From positions 13,524 to 77,523 of the forward strand of contig JAIRRY010000026.1 in assembly GCA_031255735.1 (NCBI GenBank): 64,000 nt of DNA. The letters run 5' to 3'. Source of the stretch: Candidatus Nomurabacteria bacterium (GTDB taxonomy: Bacteria; Patescibacteriota; Saccharimonadia; Saccharimonadales; Saccharimonadaceae). Positions 40,784 through 49,887 of this stretch are shown piece after piece. Both the position numbers and the translations under genes were made by a program. The first letter of the stretch is position 1; every line of letters starts with the position of its first letter. Below the pieces are notes generated by a model, which was given only the letters and a program-made list of their open reading frames with translations, was not told the DNA's origin and did not search any database.

Positions 40784-42154
40784 ATGGTAAAACTAAAGCA
40801 CAATTTTGACCTAATAGTAATTGGTAGTGGCGCGGGCGGCTCAACTGCAGCTGTAGCGGCGCGAAGTGCCGGCATGAAAGTGGCCATCATTGAAGCTGAA
40901 ACATTCGGTGGTTCAGCACCAAACCACAATGATATTCCGCTCGGCGCACTCATTCAAACCGCTCACCTCTACAACGCAGCTCGTCGCGGGTCACGCTTTG
41001 GCATAAGCTCTACCACCTTGCGCTATAACTACCCGGCTATTGCGCATTTTAAAGATATAGTAGTTAGGCGCGGTGGCGGTGGTGGAAACCGCAAGTTTTA
41101 TGATAACCTGGGCATCCAAACTTTACACGGCTTGGCGCACTTTTTAAGCCCTAATGAAATATCTGTTGGCAATAAGCGCTTTAGCGCTAAGTACTTTTTG
41201 ATTGCTACTGGTGCGCGACTTAAGAAACCCGATATTAAAAACTTGGAAAATATTAAACACCTAACTACCAAAGATGTTATTAGTACCACTCGCCTGCCTC
41301 GCAGCCTGTTCGTAGTTGGCGGCGGCCGTACAGGTGTAGAACTAGCGCAATTTTTTGCTATGCTGGGCACTAAAGTTTTGATCGCTGAGAAATCTGCGCG
41401 CCTGGTGCCAACTGAAGACGAAGAAGTTGGCGCAGCACTGAGCAAAGTTTTCAACGACAGTTACGGTATTAAAGTTCTTACCAAAACTAAGGTTGTGGCC
41501 ACAGCTAATGGCTCGGGTGTCAAAAAAGTTACTTTCATGCGTGGTAGTGAAGAAAAAACCATTGCTATTGATGAGGTTTTAATCGCAACCGAGCGCGAGC
41601 CCAACACCGACCTAGGGCTAGAAAACGCTGGTGTAAAGTACAACGCGCACGGTGTACAAGTTAACGAATATCTGCAAACCAGCATGAAAAATATTTACGC
41701 CGTGGGCGATGTGATAAATCCGCATCACTCCACCAGCAAAGCTATGGCGCAGGGCACTTGGGTGGTTGACAACATGCCGCGCCGCGTTAAACAGCCCGTG
41801 CCCACCACTAGTGTGCCAAATATTACACTAACCTATCCGCAAGTTGCCTCGGTTGGCCTAACTGAAGACGATTGTTTGAAGCGCGACCTCAAAATACGTA
41901 AATCTATCGCGCCGCTTAGCGTGATAGCGCGCAGCAACGTATCAGACTTCCGCGATGGTTTTGTAAAAATTATCACTAGCGACCACGGAAAAATCTTAGG
42001 CGGCGTGATTGTTGCGCCAGAAGCCAGCTCAATGATAAGCGAGCTAACTATTGCTGTGAACCACGACCTACTAGCCAGCGACCTAGCCGATCTGCCACAT
42101 GCCTTCATGAGCTGGAGCGAAGCCATAAAAGTAGCAGCTAAGAAAATTGGTTAG
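40784..42154 (+). CDS. class I pyridine nucleotide-disulfide oxidoreductase homolog lacking the redox-active Cys pair
   Basis: FAD motif DLIVIGSGAGGSTAA and NAD motif FVVGGGRTGVELAQ. C-terminal HAFMSWSE corresponds to the His-Glu dyad. Where GGTCxNxGCxPSK is expected, the sequence reads GGSAPNHNDIPLG. Confidence 0.8.
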   Translation: MVKLKHNFDLIVIGSGAGGSTAAVAARSAGMKVAIIEAETFGGSAPNHNDIPLGALIQTAHLYNAARRGSRFGISSTTLRYNYPAIAHFKDIVVRRGGGGGNRKFYDNLGIQTLHGLAHFLSPNEISVGNKRFSAKYFLIATGARLKKPDIKNLENIKHLTTKDVISTTRLPRSLFVVGGGRTGVELAQFFAMLGTKVLIAEKSARLVPTEDEEVGAALSKVFNDSYGIKVLTKTKVVATANGSGVKKVTFMRGSEEKTIAIDEVLIATEREPNTDLGLENAGVKYNAHGVQVNEYLQTSMKNIYAVGDVINPHHSTSKAMAQGTWVVDNMPRRVKQPVPTTSVPNITLTYPQVASVGLTEDDCLKRDLKIRKSIAPLSVIARSNVSDFRDGFVKIITSDHGKILGGVIVAPEASSMISELTIAVNHDLLASDLADLPHAFMSWSEAIKVAAKKIG

Positions 42155-42173
42155 GTTTAGCCAACCTCAAGCT

Positions 42174-42200
42174 AAAAGGCCCGCTATCAACGGGCCTTTT
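42174..42200. terminator. bidirectional terminator between convergent genes
   Basis: AAAA-GGCCCG-CTATCAA-CGGGCC-TTTT. Confidence 0.7.
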
Positions 42201-42206
42201 AGTATC

Positions 42207-43094
42207 TCAGATCTTAACCGTAAAGTACTCAGCATCAATGTTCTGCTGAAACCATTGGAGCAGCGGCACTGCCACTTCACGCATCTGCGGGTGCGCCGCT
42301 TGCGGCGTACGTAGCTTGAGAAATTCTTTCCAACCGACCAGCGAAGACGTCATAAAAATGCGCGCCTTAGTGGACTGCGGCAGAACCGTGCGAGCCTCCT
42401 GCGCCTTGCTGCCAAGCTGGATCAATTTCATATAAGCTTTTTCAGCAAACTCTATGGCCTCTTGCCATACAGCATACTCAGCTTCGCGACCTGGCTCCAG
42501 ATAGAAAAACGGTTCAATCACAGTAATCTGCGTACCCTCTTTCTCACTGGAGTAATTGCAGTAACGCGTGGATTCTTGACTAAACGAATTGCCTGGCCAT
42601 TTGCCGCGATTACGCACAATCTCATGTGTCACACCGCGATCAACAATGAAATCCACTGTCACTAATCGGTGCAGGTCATTCAGCGCTGGCACAAAATAGC
42701 TCACGCCAAGCGGCTCGATTGGCTGATCATTAACTATGAGTTTAAATAACGCATAGGACTCATCATGAATAACGCGTAAATTCGTATAAACTCGATTCTC
42801 CTCAACAACTGAGAAACGACTCCTTCTGACAAAGTCCATTTGCACTGTAGGTTGATCATTTAATTCCAGATAGACCGGCCCATGTTCCAACACTGAACCG
42901 TGCCCTAGTTTTGCCTTTTCCGCCACAAATCGCGGCGCTGAGTTCACCGTGATTTTGCCAACCGAATTGTAACAAACTCGCGCTGGAAACTCCGCGCGTC
43001 TGGCCGCCTGACCGTTAGTCTGTTTGTCATATTGGTCGTAAACCGTAAAACTGCCCTTAATTGCATCCATAAATATCATCTCCTGAGATCTCAA
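42207..43094 (-). CDS. thyX: FAD-dependent thymidylate synthase ThyX
   Basis: The ThyX motif region is THEIVRNRGKWPGNSFSQESTRY (RHR-type motif with SQxSxRY). FLKLRTPQAAHPQMREVA is typical of the C-terminal part. Confidence 0.75.
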   Translation of the reverse strand: MRSQEMIFMDAIKGSFTVYDQYDKQTNGQAARRAEFPARVCYNSVGKITVNSAPRFVAEKAKLGHGSVLEHGPVYLELNDQPTVQMDFVRRSRFSVVEENRVYTNLRVIHDESYALFKLIVNDQPIEPLGVSYFVPALNDLHRLVTVDFIVDRGVTHEIVRNRGKWPGNSFSQESTRYCNYSSEKEGTQITVIEPFFYLEPGREAEYAVWQEAIEFAEKAYMKLIQLGSKAQEARTVLPQSTKARIFMTSSLVGWKEFLKLRTPQAAHPQMREVAVPLLQWFQQNIDAEYFTVKI

Positions 43095-43214
43095 AGTACC
43101 ACCAAGTGACCCAATAATTCTGTCCTCGTTGGCCTAAGGGCTATTAAACACCCACCTCGCGGATTTGTAAACCATATGCAAAATAAAAACTGCTCTAAGC
43201 GAGCAATCCTATCT

Positions 43215-43291
43215 TGGTTGCGGGGGGTGGATTTGAACCACCGACCTTTTGGTTATGAGCCAAACGAGCTACCAGACTGCTCTACCCCGCG
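43215..43291 (-). tRNA. tRNA with CAU anticodon, initiator-like acceptor end
   Basis: Reverse complement CGCGGGGUAGAGCAG...UUUGG-CUCAUAA-CCAAA...GGUUCAAAUCC...CCCCGCAACCA. The C1/A72 mismatch is as in bacterial tRNA-fMet, but the anticodon stem lacks the three G-C pairs. Confidence 0.8.
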
Positions 43292-43357
43292 ACAAACTGA
43301 GCGGACATGCCGCACATCACTGTCATTTTACCACCCCATACCCAAAAACGCAAGGTG

Positions 43358-43810
43358 TTAGCCGTCCATCTTATTTTTGTTAGCACCAAACAAGAAATTC
43401 ATCCACTGCACAAAGTTACTTTGGGTGTCCTCTTCGCCGCTACTCTCCGCTACCACTTCAGTTTTGTATTTGTCACGCGCTTCGGCGCTATTGGGCGCTA
43501 GTGCCAACAACTTCTCGCCTGGCAACGCCAGCCCTAATTTTTCGCGAGCCGCAAGCTCTTGATATTCTTTAGTCTTGTGAAAATTACGCTCATACCTCAT
43601 GGTGGCCGTTTGCAATTCTAACACCAACTGTTGGCGACGTTTATCGTCTACTCTTTTTTGCAATTCATAATTTCTATCCATGGTGGTAATGGCCGACCAT
43701 ACCCAATTTACACAGATCACCGCCGCAATTAGCAGCACTACGTTATTCATGTTGAAAAAATCGTGTTTTAAAACGTATTTTAGTTGGCGGAGTTTTGTTT
43801 TCAAGCCCAT
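43358..43810 (-). CDS. FtsB/DivIC-type septum formation initiator
   Basis: 150 aa with one TM and a coiled coil. The motif EYQELAAREKLGLALPGEKLL is typical of DivIC/FtsB. Confidence 0.6.
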   Translation of the reverse strand: MGLKTKLRQLKYVLKHDFFNMNNVVLLIAAVICVNWVWSAITTMDRNYELQKRVDDKRRQQLVLELQTATMRYERNFHKTKEYQELAAREKLGLALPGEKLLALAPNSAEARDKYKTEVVAESSGEEDTQSNFVQWMNFLFGANKNKMDG

Positions 43811-43854
43811 CGTACTTTAGATTATACCATTTTTCGGGTATAATTAGCTGCGCA

Positions 43855-43930
43855 GGGGGATTAGCTCAGTGGTTAGAGCAGTCGGCTCATAACCGATTGG
43901 TCGCTGGTTCAAATCCAGCATCCCCCACCA
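43855..43930 (+). tRNA. tRNA with CAU anticodon (Met or lysidine-modified Ile2)
   Basis: GGGGGAUUAGCUCAGUGGUUAGAGC...GUCGG-CUCAUAA-CCGAU...GGUUCAAAUCC...AUCCCCCACCA, preceded by GGTATAAT. Identity cannot be settled from sequence alone. Confidence 0.85.
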
Positions 43931-43966
43931 GTCTAGTTAACACTTAAGTACAAAGAAACGCCCGCA

Positions 43967-44422
43967 TCAAGCGGACGTTTTTGTTACGATGTCTTCAAAG
44001 ACCTCTTTGGTTATGGTTTTTTCACCTTCAATCTCATTGAACTTTGTGTCATCGTTCTCACTTAGTAAACGTTCAAGATCGTAGATACCTCCGAACTGAT
44101 CATGATATCTTGGTGAAAAAGCCTGATAAAGCTCTTTGAAATAGTAGGACTTTTCCCTACACCTCAGTCTTTCGATTAAAACCTTGATACCTTTATAATC
44201 GAAGAACCTCTGATGGCTACATGAAAAAGGGACTCTTGGTTTGAAAATCGAATAGTAACTTTTTTTAGAAGATACGCATGGATGACAAGCCGAAAAAAAC
44301 CTCAGATTGCTGACAAGTATGAGCCAAATATCAACGTAAAGAAAACTAATCAATAACGCCACTTTCATAGCTGTCAATAAAAACACCTTCTTTCTTTTAA
44401 TAGTGTAAACCTTATATAACAC
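43967..44422 (-). CDS. hypothetical protein in a small AT-rich patch next to a tRNA
   Basis: 151-aa ORF with an N-terminal TM and no recognisable motif. Local composition is clearly AT-richer than the flanks. Confidence 0.35.
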   Translation of the reverse strand: MLYKVYTIKRKKVFLLTAMKVALLISFLYVDIWLILVSNLRFFSACHPCVSSKKSYYSIFKPRVPFSCSHQRFFDYKGIKVLIERLRCREKSYYFKELYQAFSPRYHDQFGGIYDLERLLSENDDTKFNEIEGEKTITKEVFEDIVTKTSA

Positions 44423-44558
44423 TTCAATTATAACATACTTTTCTTCAAAAGTCTATGTACTACACTATCTTACTTGCCAATGTCAATTTCTAACTCTTTA
44501 AACCAACGTATGGAAGTACCTTCAATTATCCATAGTTGTTTGGCTATTATAGTATTAC

Positions 44559-45482
44559 CTAGGTTATTAGTAAGGTTATCATAATTGGCAATGTTATCAC
44601 ACTCATAACGGTACTGATCGCTACTAGCTCGCTTGACTCCACGGCATCGCCACCGTATTTTTCGGCGAATAGCCCCAAGCTGGTGGCGGTGGGCAACGCC
44701 TGCAATAACACTAGCACGGCTCGCACTTCAGCTGGCACGCCAAGTACAAGCAGCACAAAGTAAGTAATAGTTGGCCCGAGTAGCAGCTGTAAAGCCGCCA
44801 CGATAAACAACTTCCAGCGACGAAACAGCTTTTTAAACTGCGCACGGCTCAACATATACCCAATACAAACCAGGCTAAGCGGCGTCATCAACGCACCTAA
44901 ATAGCTGATACTGGTGTTAACAAAATCAGGTAATTTTAGCGAAAACACGAAGAACACTGTGCCGAGCAGCACCGCTATGATACATGGGTTGAGCGCTACG
45001 TCTTTAATCAGCTGCTTGGTAATTTTGCGCTCGAACAAGTACACGCCGTAGCTAAACAACACCAAGTTAAAGATGAGAATGAAGCCGCAATATGTTAGTA
45101 ACGCGCTTTGCCCAAAAGCGGCCATCACCAACGGGTAGCCCAAAAAACTGGCATTATTAAAGATGAAAGCGAACTGCCCTTCGTAGCTCATGCCGCGCTT
45201 AAAAATCTTCTTGTTGAATATGATTCTAGACAACACTAACATGGCAGCTAGTACCACTACGCCACCGCCCAACCCGAGTAGAAATTCGCCTAGGCGGGCA
45301 TGATCGAATTCTTGCGGAAAAGCCGCAAAAATCGCGCACGGCCAAGCCACCGTCAACAGCAAGTTAATCAGGTGACGGTTAGTCTCGGCAGTTATGAATT
45401 TAACGCGGCCGAGCAAAAAGCCTAACAGAATAATCAGGCTGATGGTAGCCAAATTGGAATAGAAAATGCCGAGATCTATCAT
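44559..45482 (-). CDS. AEC (auxin efflux carrier) family permease
   Basis: 307 aa with about 10 TM. The N-terminus ...LIILLGFLLGRVKFITAETNRHLINLLLTVAWPCAIF is typical of the Mem_trans family. Confidence 0.65.
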   Translation of the reverse strand: MIDLGIFYSNLATISLIILLGFLLGRVKFITAETNRHLINLLLTVAWPCAIFAAFPQEFDHARLGEFLLGLGGGVVVLAAMLVLSRIIFNKKIFKRGMSYEGQFAFIFNNASFLGYPLVMAAFGQSALLTYCGFILIFNLVLFSYGVYLFERKITKQLIKDVALNPCIIAVLLGTVFFVFSLKLPDFVNTSISYLGALMTPLSLVCIGYMLSRAQFKKLFRRWKLFIVAALQLLLGPTITYFVLLVLGVPAEVRAVLVLLQALPTATSLGLFAEKYGGDAVESSELVAISTVMSVITLPIMITLLIT

Positions 45483-45580
45483 TGTGTCTTTATAATATCG
45501 TACTTATCGTAGTCTTCGCCAGTCATTTTTTTGAAGGCTTCTCGGTAGGAAATGTTATGCGCGTCAACCAAGAAGTCGAG

Positions 45581-46588
45581 CTACTTTTCCTGGGCGGCAG
45601 TCATCCAGTAAACCTTCTCGGCTGGCGCTTCAGAGGTTGACTCCGTTGATTCTGGCTCTGGTGGTAGCTCTGGTAATATTGCTGACTCTGGTTCCATTTC
45701 GTCTAGGCCTGAGAGAAGTTCTGCGTCCTCGGCATCTATGTTTGGATCTTCTAGGGCGGTGCCTGGATCGTAGGGAACGCCATCGCGCGCGGCATCTTCA
45801 AGCCGCTGTAAGGCCTGCTCGCGGCGCTCCTCGGGACTATTTACAAACCGTTCTTGGTCTTTATCGCGCGCGGCAGCAGCTTTTTCCAAAGCTTCGTGCG
45901 AAAAGTGAGCGCTAGTGCCAACTCGGCCGTAGCGGCGGTGCCTTTTATGCCTGTGCATTTCAAGCAAATCGGCGAAAGTGAAATCAGTATTGAGGTCATT
46001 AATAGCGGCTTCTAGGTCTTCCTGGAAAACGGTGTCGTAGCGTACGTCTTTAAACATCTCAAAAACCAAACCTTCCCTAGCCTTCGGGTTGCGATCGGTC
46101 TTTTTAAGCGCCATCAGGCTGGGCTGACCCTTACGATATTTATAAAGACCAGAGGCAATGGCTTTCCGGACGGCGGCGTTCTTGTATTTGATACGCCTGA
46201 GTAGATCTTTCTGCTCCTCTACGCCATACCAGTCATGAGTGTCTACTCGCACTTTAGCCCTTTCGGCAGCCCTAGCGTCAAGTAGTATATCAGCCAGAGC
46301 TTGCTCCTGCTCGCTGAGTTCCTTACGCTCGGGCGTTTGGCTGTCAGCTTCAGCAGAATTAGTTAGCTCCAAGGCGGTGGCCGTAGCCTGCGCTAGGCTA
46401 ATTGCTGCCTCGGACGACACCTCCAGAGCAGGCGCAGCTTCGGGTGCTGGGCTAGTATTTTCAGGTGTTAGTATTAGTGAAGCCTTTGAAGATTCTTGGT
46501 TGAAACGCATGAATCCCTGACCATGTTCATCATAGTATATCTGTGGCTCTTTTGAGTCCATATTTTCATTGTAGCACAGATTAGCCAA
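45581..46588 (-). CDS. hypothetical acidic protein
   Basis: 335-aa ORF rich in Glu/Ala/Pro at both ends. No motif is recognised. Confidence 0.5.
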   Translation of the reverse strand: MANLCYNENMDSKEPQIYYDEHGQGFMRFNQESSKASLILTPENTSPAPEAAPALEVSSEAAISLAQATATALELTNSAEADSQTPERKELSEQEQALADILLDARAAERAKVRVDTHDWYGVEEQKDLLRRIKYKNAAVRKAIASGLYKYRKGQPSLMALKKTDRNPKAREGLVFEMFKDVRYDTVFQEDLEAAINDLNTDFTFADLLEMHRHKRHRRYGRVGTSAHFSHEALEKAAAARDKDQERFVNSPEERREQALQRLEDAARDGVPYDPGTALEDPNIDAEDAELLSGLDEMEPESAILPELPPEPESTESTSEAPAEKVYWMTAAQEK

Positions 46589-46716
46589 AAAGTCAAGTTT
46601 AGGCGCAAGTTAAGAAGAAAAGAATCCGCCCGAACTCCACATACGAGCAGATTCTATTTAGCACCTGTTTGTTTTATATTTCAAGTTTAATACATAAAAG
46701 CTTATGTTGCAACCAC

Positions 46717-46750
46717 AAAACCCACCAGATCTTGCGACCTGGTGGGTTTT
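46717..46750 (-). terminator. hairpin terminator after the 68-aa gene (bidirectional shape)
   Basis: AAAA-CCCACCAG-loop-CTGGTGGG-TTTT. Confidence 0.65.
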
Positions 46751-46766
46751 AAAATCTGAATTTAGA

Positions 46767-46973
46767 CTATTTTTTGCGCGAAACGGTCAAGAAACCGTTA
46801 CGTGGGTTTTCGTTAACCTCGCGGTCTGCTGGCAGATCGGTTGGAACGCCCTTTTTATTCTTCTCTACCTTAGCGAAGAAGTAAATTGTTTGTGGTTTGC
46901 CGCCACGCAAAGTTACATCTTGCTTATGCAGGTAATATTTTACACCTTTTGAGTTGGTATGACTGTAAGCCAT
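46767..46973 (-). CDS. small conserved hypothetical protein (68 aa)
   Basis: MAYSHTNSKGVKYYLHKQDVTLRGGKPQTIYFFAKV. RBS AAGGAGGAAAACA precedes the ATG, and a terminator lies directly downstream. Confidence 0.6.
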   Translation of the reverse strand: MAYSHTNSKGVKYYLHKQDVTLRGGKPQTIYFFAKVEKNKKGVPTDLPADREVNENPRNGFLTVSRKK

Positions 46974-47027
46974 TGTTTTCCTCCTTAATACCTTACCCTA
47001 CTAGAGTACCGCCTCTGTTAACAGATG

Positions 47028-47726
47028 TCAATGTTTTTTAGCACTTTTACGATATTTAAGAAGTATAACCCTTAAAGTAATATAGATAATCAGTTTTATT
47101 AACAACAGTATAGTGAGAACTACGCAAGCTAGCATCGCGAAACCTACGAAGTCTGGGGCCCAGATGGGCGAAGCGTAACTACGGTGGTAAAGCGCGGTGC
47201 TGGGCAGCTCAACCGTAAGTGGTGTTTCTGTCGCAGCATTAAAGTTAGCCAATTCGCGAGCGAAACAGTCAAAATATGGCTGCGAATAGCCCCAACCGTA
47301 CCTTTTGGCTAATGGATCGCAGATGTCGGCCACTTGTTTATAAACATTACCATTAGGATTGGTAGCGCCCACCTCAGCGGCTTTATCTAACACCGCTTGA
47401 GCATCGCGCCTATAACTTTCCTCCAGATAAAATGGCCCTGATCCAAAATACATCTTAGTACCCGTACCATCTTGGTCAATCCGCAACGTGACATGAGAAA
47501 AAACGTATTTTTTAAGCTCGAGTAAGCGTTGGTCAAGCTGGTTCTTATTACCGTTCCTATCGGCAGCCAGTACGGCTTCAAGGCGGCTGGTCATAGCAAT
47601 GTTATTGAGGCGCAACAGCGTAGCCGTTACAAACAACATTAAAATGAGCAGTAACAAGAGTTGCCAAGTTTTAACTTTGCGTAAAATCCTTAGTTCGCGC
47701 TTAATTTTTGCTTTACTCACGCCCAT
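47028..47726 (-). CDS. hypothetical protein with N- and C-terminal TM helices
   Basis: 232-aa ORF with no recognised motif. Confidence 0.5.
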   Translation of the reverse strand: MGVSKAKIKRELRILRKVKTWQLLLLLILMLFVTATLLRLNNIAMTSRLEAVLAADRNGNKNQLDQRLLELKKYVFSHVTLRIDQDGTGTKMYFGSGPFYLEESYRRDAQAVLDKAAEVGATNPNGNVYKQVADICDPLAKRYGWGYSQPYFDCFARELANFNAATETPLTVELPSTALYHRSYASPIWAPDFVGFAMLACVVLTILLLIKLIIYITLRVILLKYRKSAKKH

Positions 47727-47768
47727 CCTTATCTGTAAAAATTATAGCATAACTGGTACAATACCTCT

Positions 47769-48995
47769 ATGAATATCTATTTTTCAGGCATCAACGGTAC
47801 GGGCATTGGCCCTTTGGCGCTGCTGGCGGCCGACGCTGGGTTTAAAGTATTTGGTTCAGATCTTAACCGTGGCGCGATTTACGACGACATCGTGGCCAGT
47901 GGTGCTGAGTTCAGAATCGGTAAGCAAGATGAGCAGTTTTTGCAACACGTACATAATACACACGGCGTTGATTGGCTTGTTTATACTTCCGCGCTGCCCG
48001 ACAGCCACCCAGAACTAACGCTAGCTGAGAAATTAGGTATCAAAACTACTAAGCGCGACGATTTAATGAACTATATTATCGAGGAAAAAGGATTGAAACT
48101 TATAGCTGTGGCGGGCACGCACGGAAAAACGACCACTACCGCCATGTTAGTTTGGGTTTTTAAACAGCTCGGCTTACCGCTTAGTTATGTGGTAGGTACT
48201 ACACTGCCATTCGCGAGCAGTGGGCACTTCAATCAAGGTGCTAAATATATCGCTTACGAGTGCGACGAATACGACCGTAACTTCCTGAAATTTAACCCTG
48301 AGCTAGCGCTGATTACCACCGTTTCGTACGATCATATCGATATCTACCCTACCGAAGCTAACTACAAACAAGCATTTAAGCAATTTGAGGCGCAAAGTAG
48401 CAAAGTGATTCAAAGTGCCAAACTTAGCATGAACTCTAGCCTCAACCTACCCGGTAGCCACAACCGCGAAAACGCGAATCTCGTGCTTGCTGCCCTTAAG
48501 CAACTAAACGTCTTGCAGGTACCGTACCTGCAAAAAGCTGTCGATATTTTAAACAAATTCCCTGGTAGTAACCGCCGTTTCGAGCGGCTAATGGATGGTT
48601 TATATACCGACTACGCTCATCACCCAGACGAGGTAGCCGCTACCGTACAGATGGCACTTGAAGTTAGTGATAAAGTAGCCGTCATCTACCAGCCACACCA
48701 AAACACTCGCCAACATCAAGTGCGAGAGGGTTATAAAAACGCTTTTAACGGTGTTAATAAACTATTTTGGTTACCCACTTATCTTGCGCGGGAAGATCCT
48801 AGCCTGCCCGTCATATCGCCCGCCGAGTTTATAGCAGAGCTTAGCAATAAAAGCATTGCCAGGCCAGCCGATATAAACGATGAGCTACTGGCGAACATCA
48901 AACAGCTGATCAACAACGGATACTTAGTACTACTTATGGCGGCAGGCCCAGCCGACAATTGGCTACGCGGCCATTTAGCTGGGCTCAAAAACTAA
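47769..48995 (+). CDS. murC: Mur ligase family protein (MurC/Mpl-like)
   Basis: N-terminal Rossmann motif IYFSGINGTGIGPLALLAADAGFKVFGSD and P-loop AVAGTHGKTTTTAML. At 408 aa it is short for MurC. Confidence 0.65.
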   Translation: MNIYFSGINGTGIGPLALLAADAGFKVFGSDLNRGAIYDDIVASGAEFRIGKQDEQFLQHVHNTHGVDWLVYTSALPDSHPELTLAEKLGIKTTKRDDLMNYIIEEKGLKLIAVAGTHGKTTTTAMLVWVFKQLGLPLSYVVGTTLPFASSGHFNQGAKYIAYECDEYDRNFLKFNPELALITTVSYDHIDIYPTEANYKQAFKQFEAQSSKVIQSAKLSMNSSLNLPGSHNRENANLVLAALKQLNVLQVPYLQKAVDILNKFPGSNRRFERLMDGLYTDYAHHPDEVAATVQMALEVSDKVAVIYQPHQNTRQHQVREGYKNAFNGVNKLFWLPTYLAREDPSLPVISPAEFIAELSNKSIARPADINDELLANIKQLINNGYLVLLMAAGPADNWLRGHLAGLKN

Positions 48996-49354
48996 TCAGC
49001 AATATTGAAAGCTTCGTTACTTAAAGCCTCAGACCTAAAGGCGTCAACACTTTTAATTTTACTTGCACGGGAATCGTACATCGACTCAAAATTTTTAAGT
49101 GTTTTGTCATTAATCGGCCCTGTGCTATCAAACTCATCTGCCCGTACAACTTCAGACTTATCACGAGCGTTCTCATAACCTGGGCGGCTAAGGTCGAGTT
49201 GCGCTGTGCCACTCGCACGGTAAAGTAAAATCGAAATACTCAATAGAACCATCGTAACAGTTAGCGTTACTACCACCAGCAAGACTAGATTATTGTAGCT
49301 GCTTATTTTTTCAGCTACACGGTTTATGATTCGCCTACTGCTCGGCATCACCAC
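48992..49354 (-). CDS. hypothetical membrane-anchored protein
   Basis: 120 aa with one TM. It overlaps the neighbouring ORFs at both ends. Confidence 0.45.
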   Translation of the reverse strand: MVMPSSRRIINRVAEKISSYNNLVLLVVVTLTVTMVLLSISILLYRASGTAQLDLSRPGYENARDKSEVVRADEFDSTGPINDKTLKNFESMYDSRASKIKSVDAFRSEALSNEAFNIAD

Positions 49355-49886
49355 CTTTCAGTACACTATTTAGTTCAGCGCGATAGCGGTCGATTAGTTC
49401 ATTAAGCCGCGTATAGTTAAGCCTCAAAGCACCACGCAAGTTACGGGCCGATTCTAGTTGCCTGTAAAAACTTTCCGGATTTTCGTTGCAGTTAGCTTTC
49501 CGCAAATCGTCGATTTTTTGATCGTAGCTAATGTAATTTTTCCTGAAATAGCCCAAATTGCGATCAAATTCGGCAGCGATTGTGGGCAGTTCGCCTGAAT
49601 CGATGCGGTTGGTGGCTAAGCGCGCGTTCATCGTGTCCATCAGCTTCGTTAAAATACTCTCGTAATTTTGCCCTAGCGTCACGCGAATCGAAGCATCGCT
49701 GGTTTGTAACTGCTTAATTCGCGATTTCATACTGTCACAACTTTGCACGATCGAATCGCGACGACTATCGCTCATATCTTCAGCTGAAGTTTGCACAGCG
49801 AACAGGCACGCCGTAGCCACCACAGCAACACTCACAAAAAGTGCTGCTCGCGCCCAACCTGCTACCTTCTGCCTAACCATATACAT
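49335..49886 (-). CDS. hypothetical secreted protein
   Basis: 183 aa with a signal-peptide-like N-terminus and helical heptad-like sequence. Confidence 0.5.
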   Translation of the reverse strand: MYMVRQKVAGWARAALFVSVAVVATACLFAVQTSAEDMSDSRRDSIVQSCDSMKSRIKQLQTSDASIRVTLGQNYESILTKLMDTMNARLATNRIDSGELPTIAAEFDRNLGYFRKNYISYDQKIDDLRKANCNENPESFYRQLESARNLRGALRLNYTRLNELIDRYRAELNSVLKGGDAEQ

Positions 49887-49887
49887 A

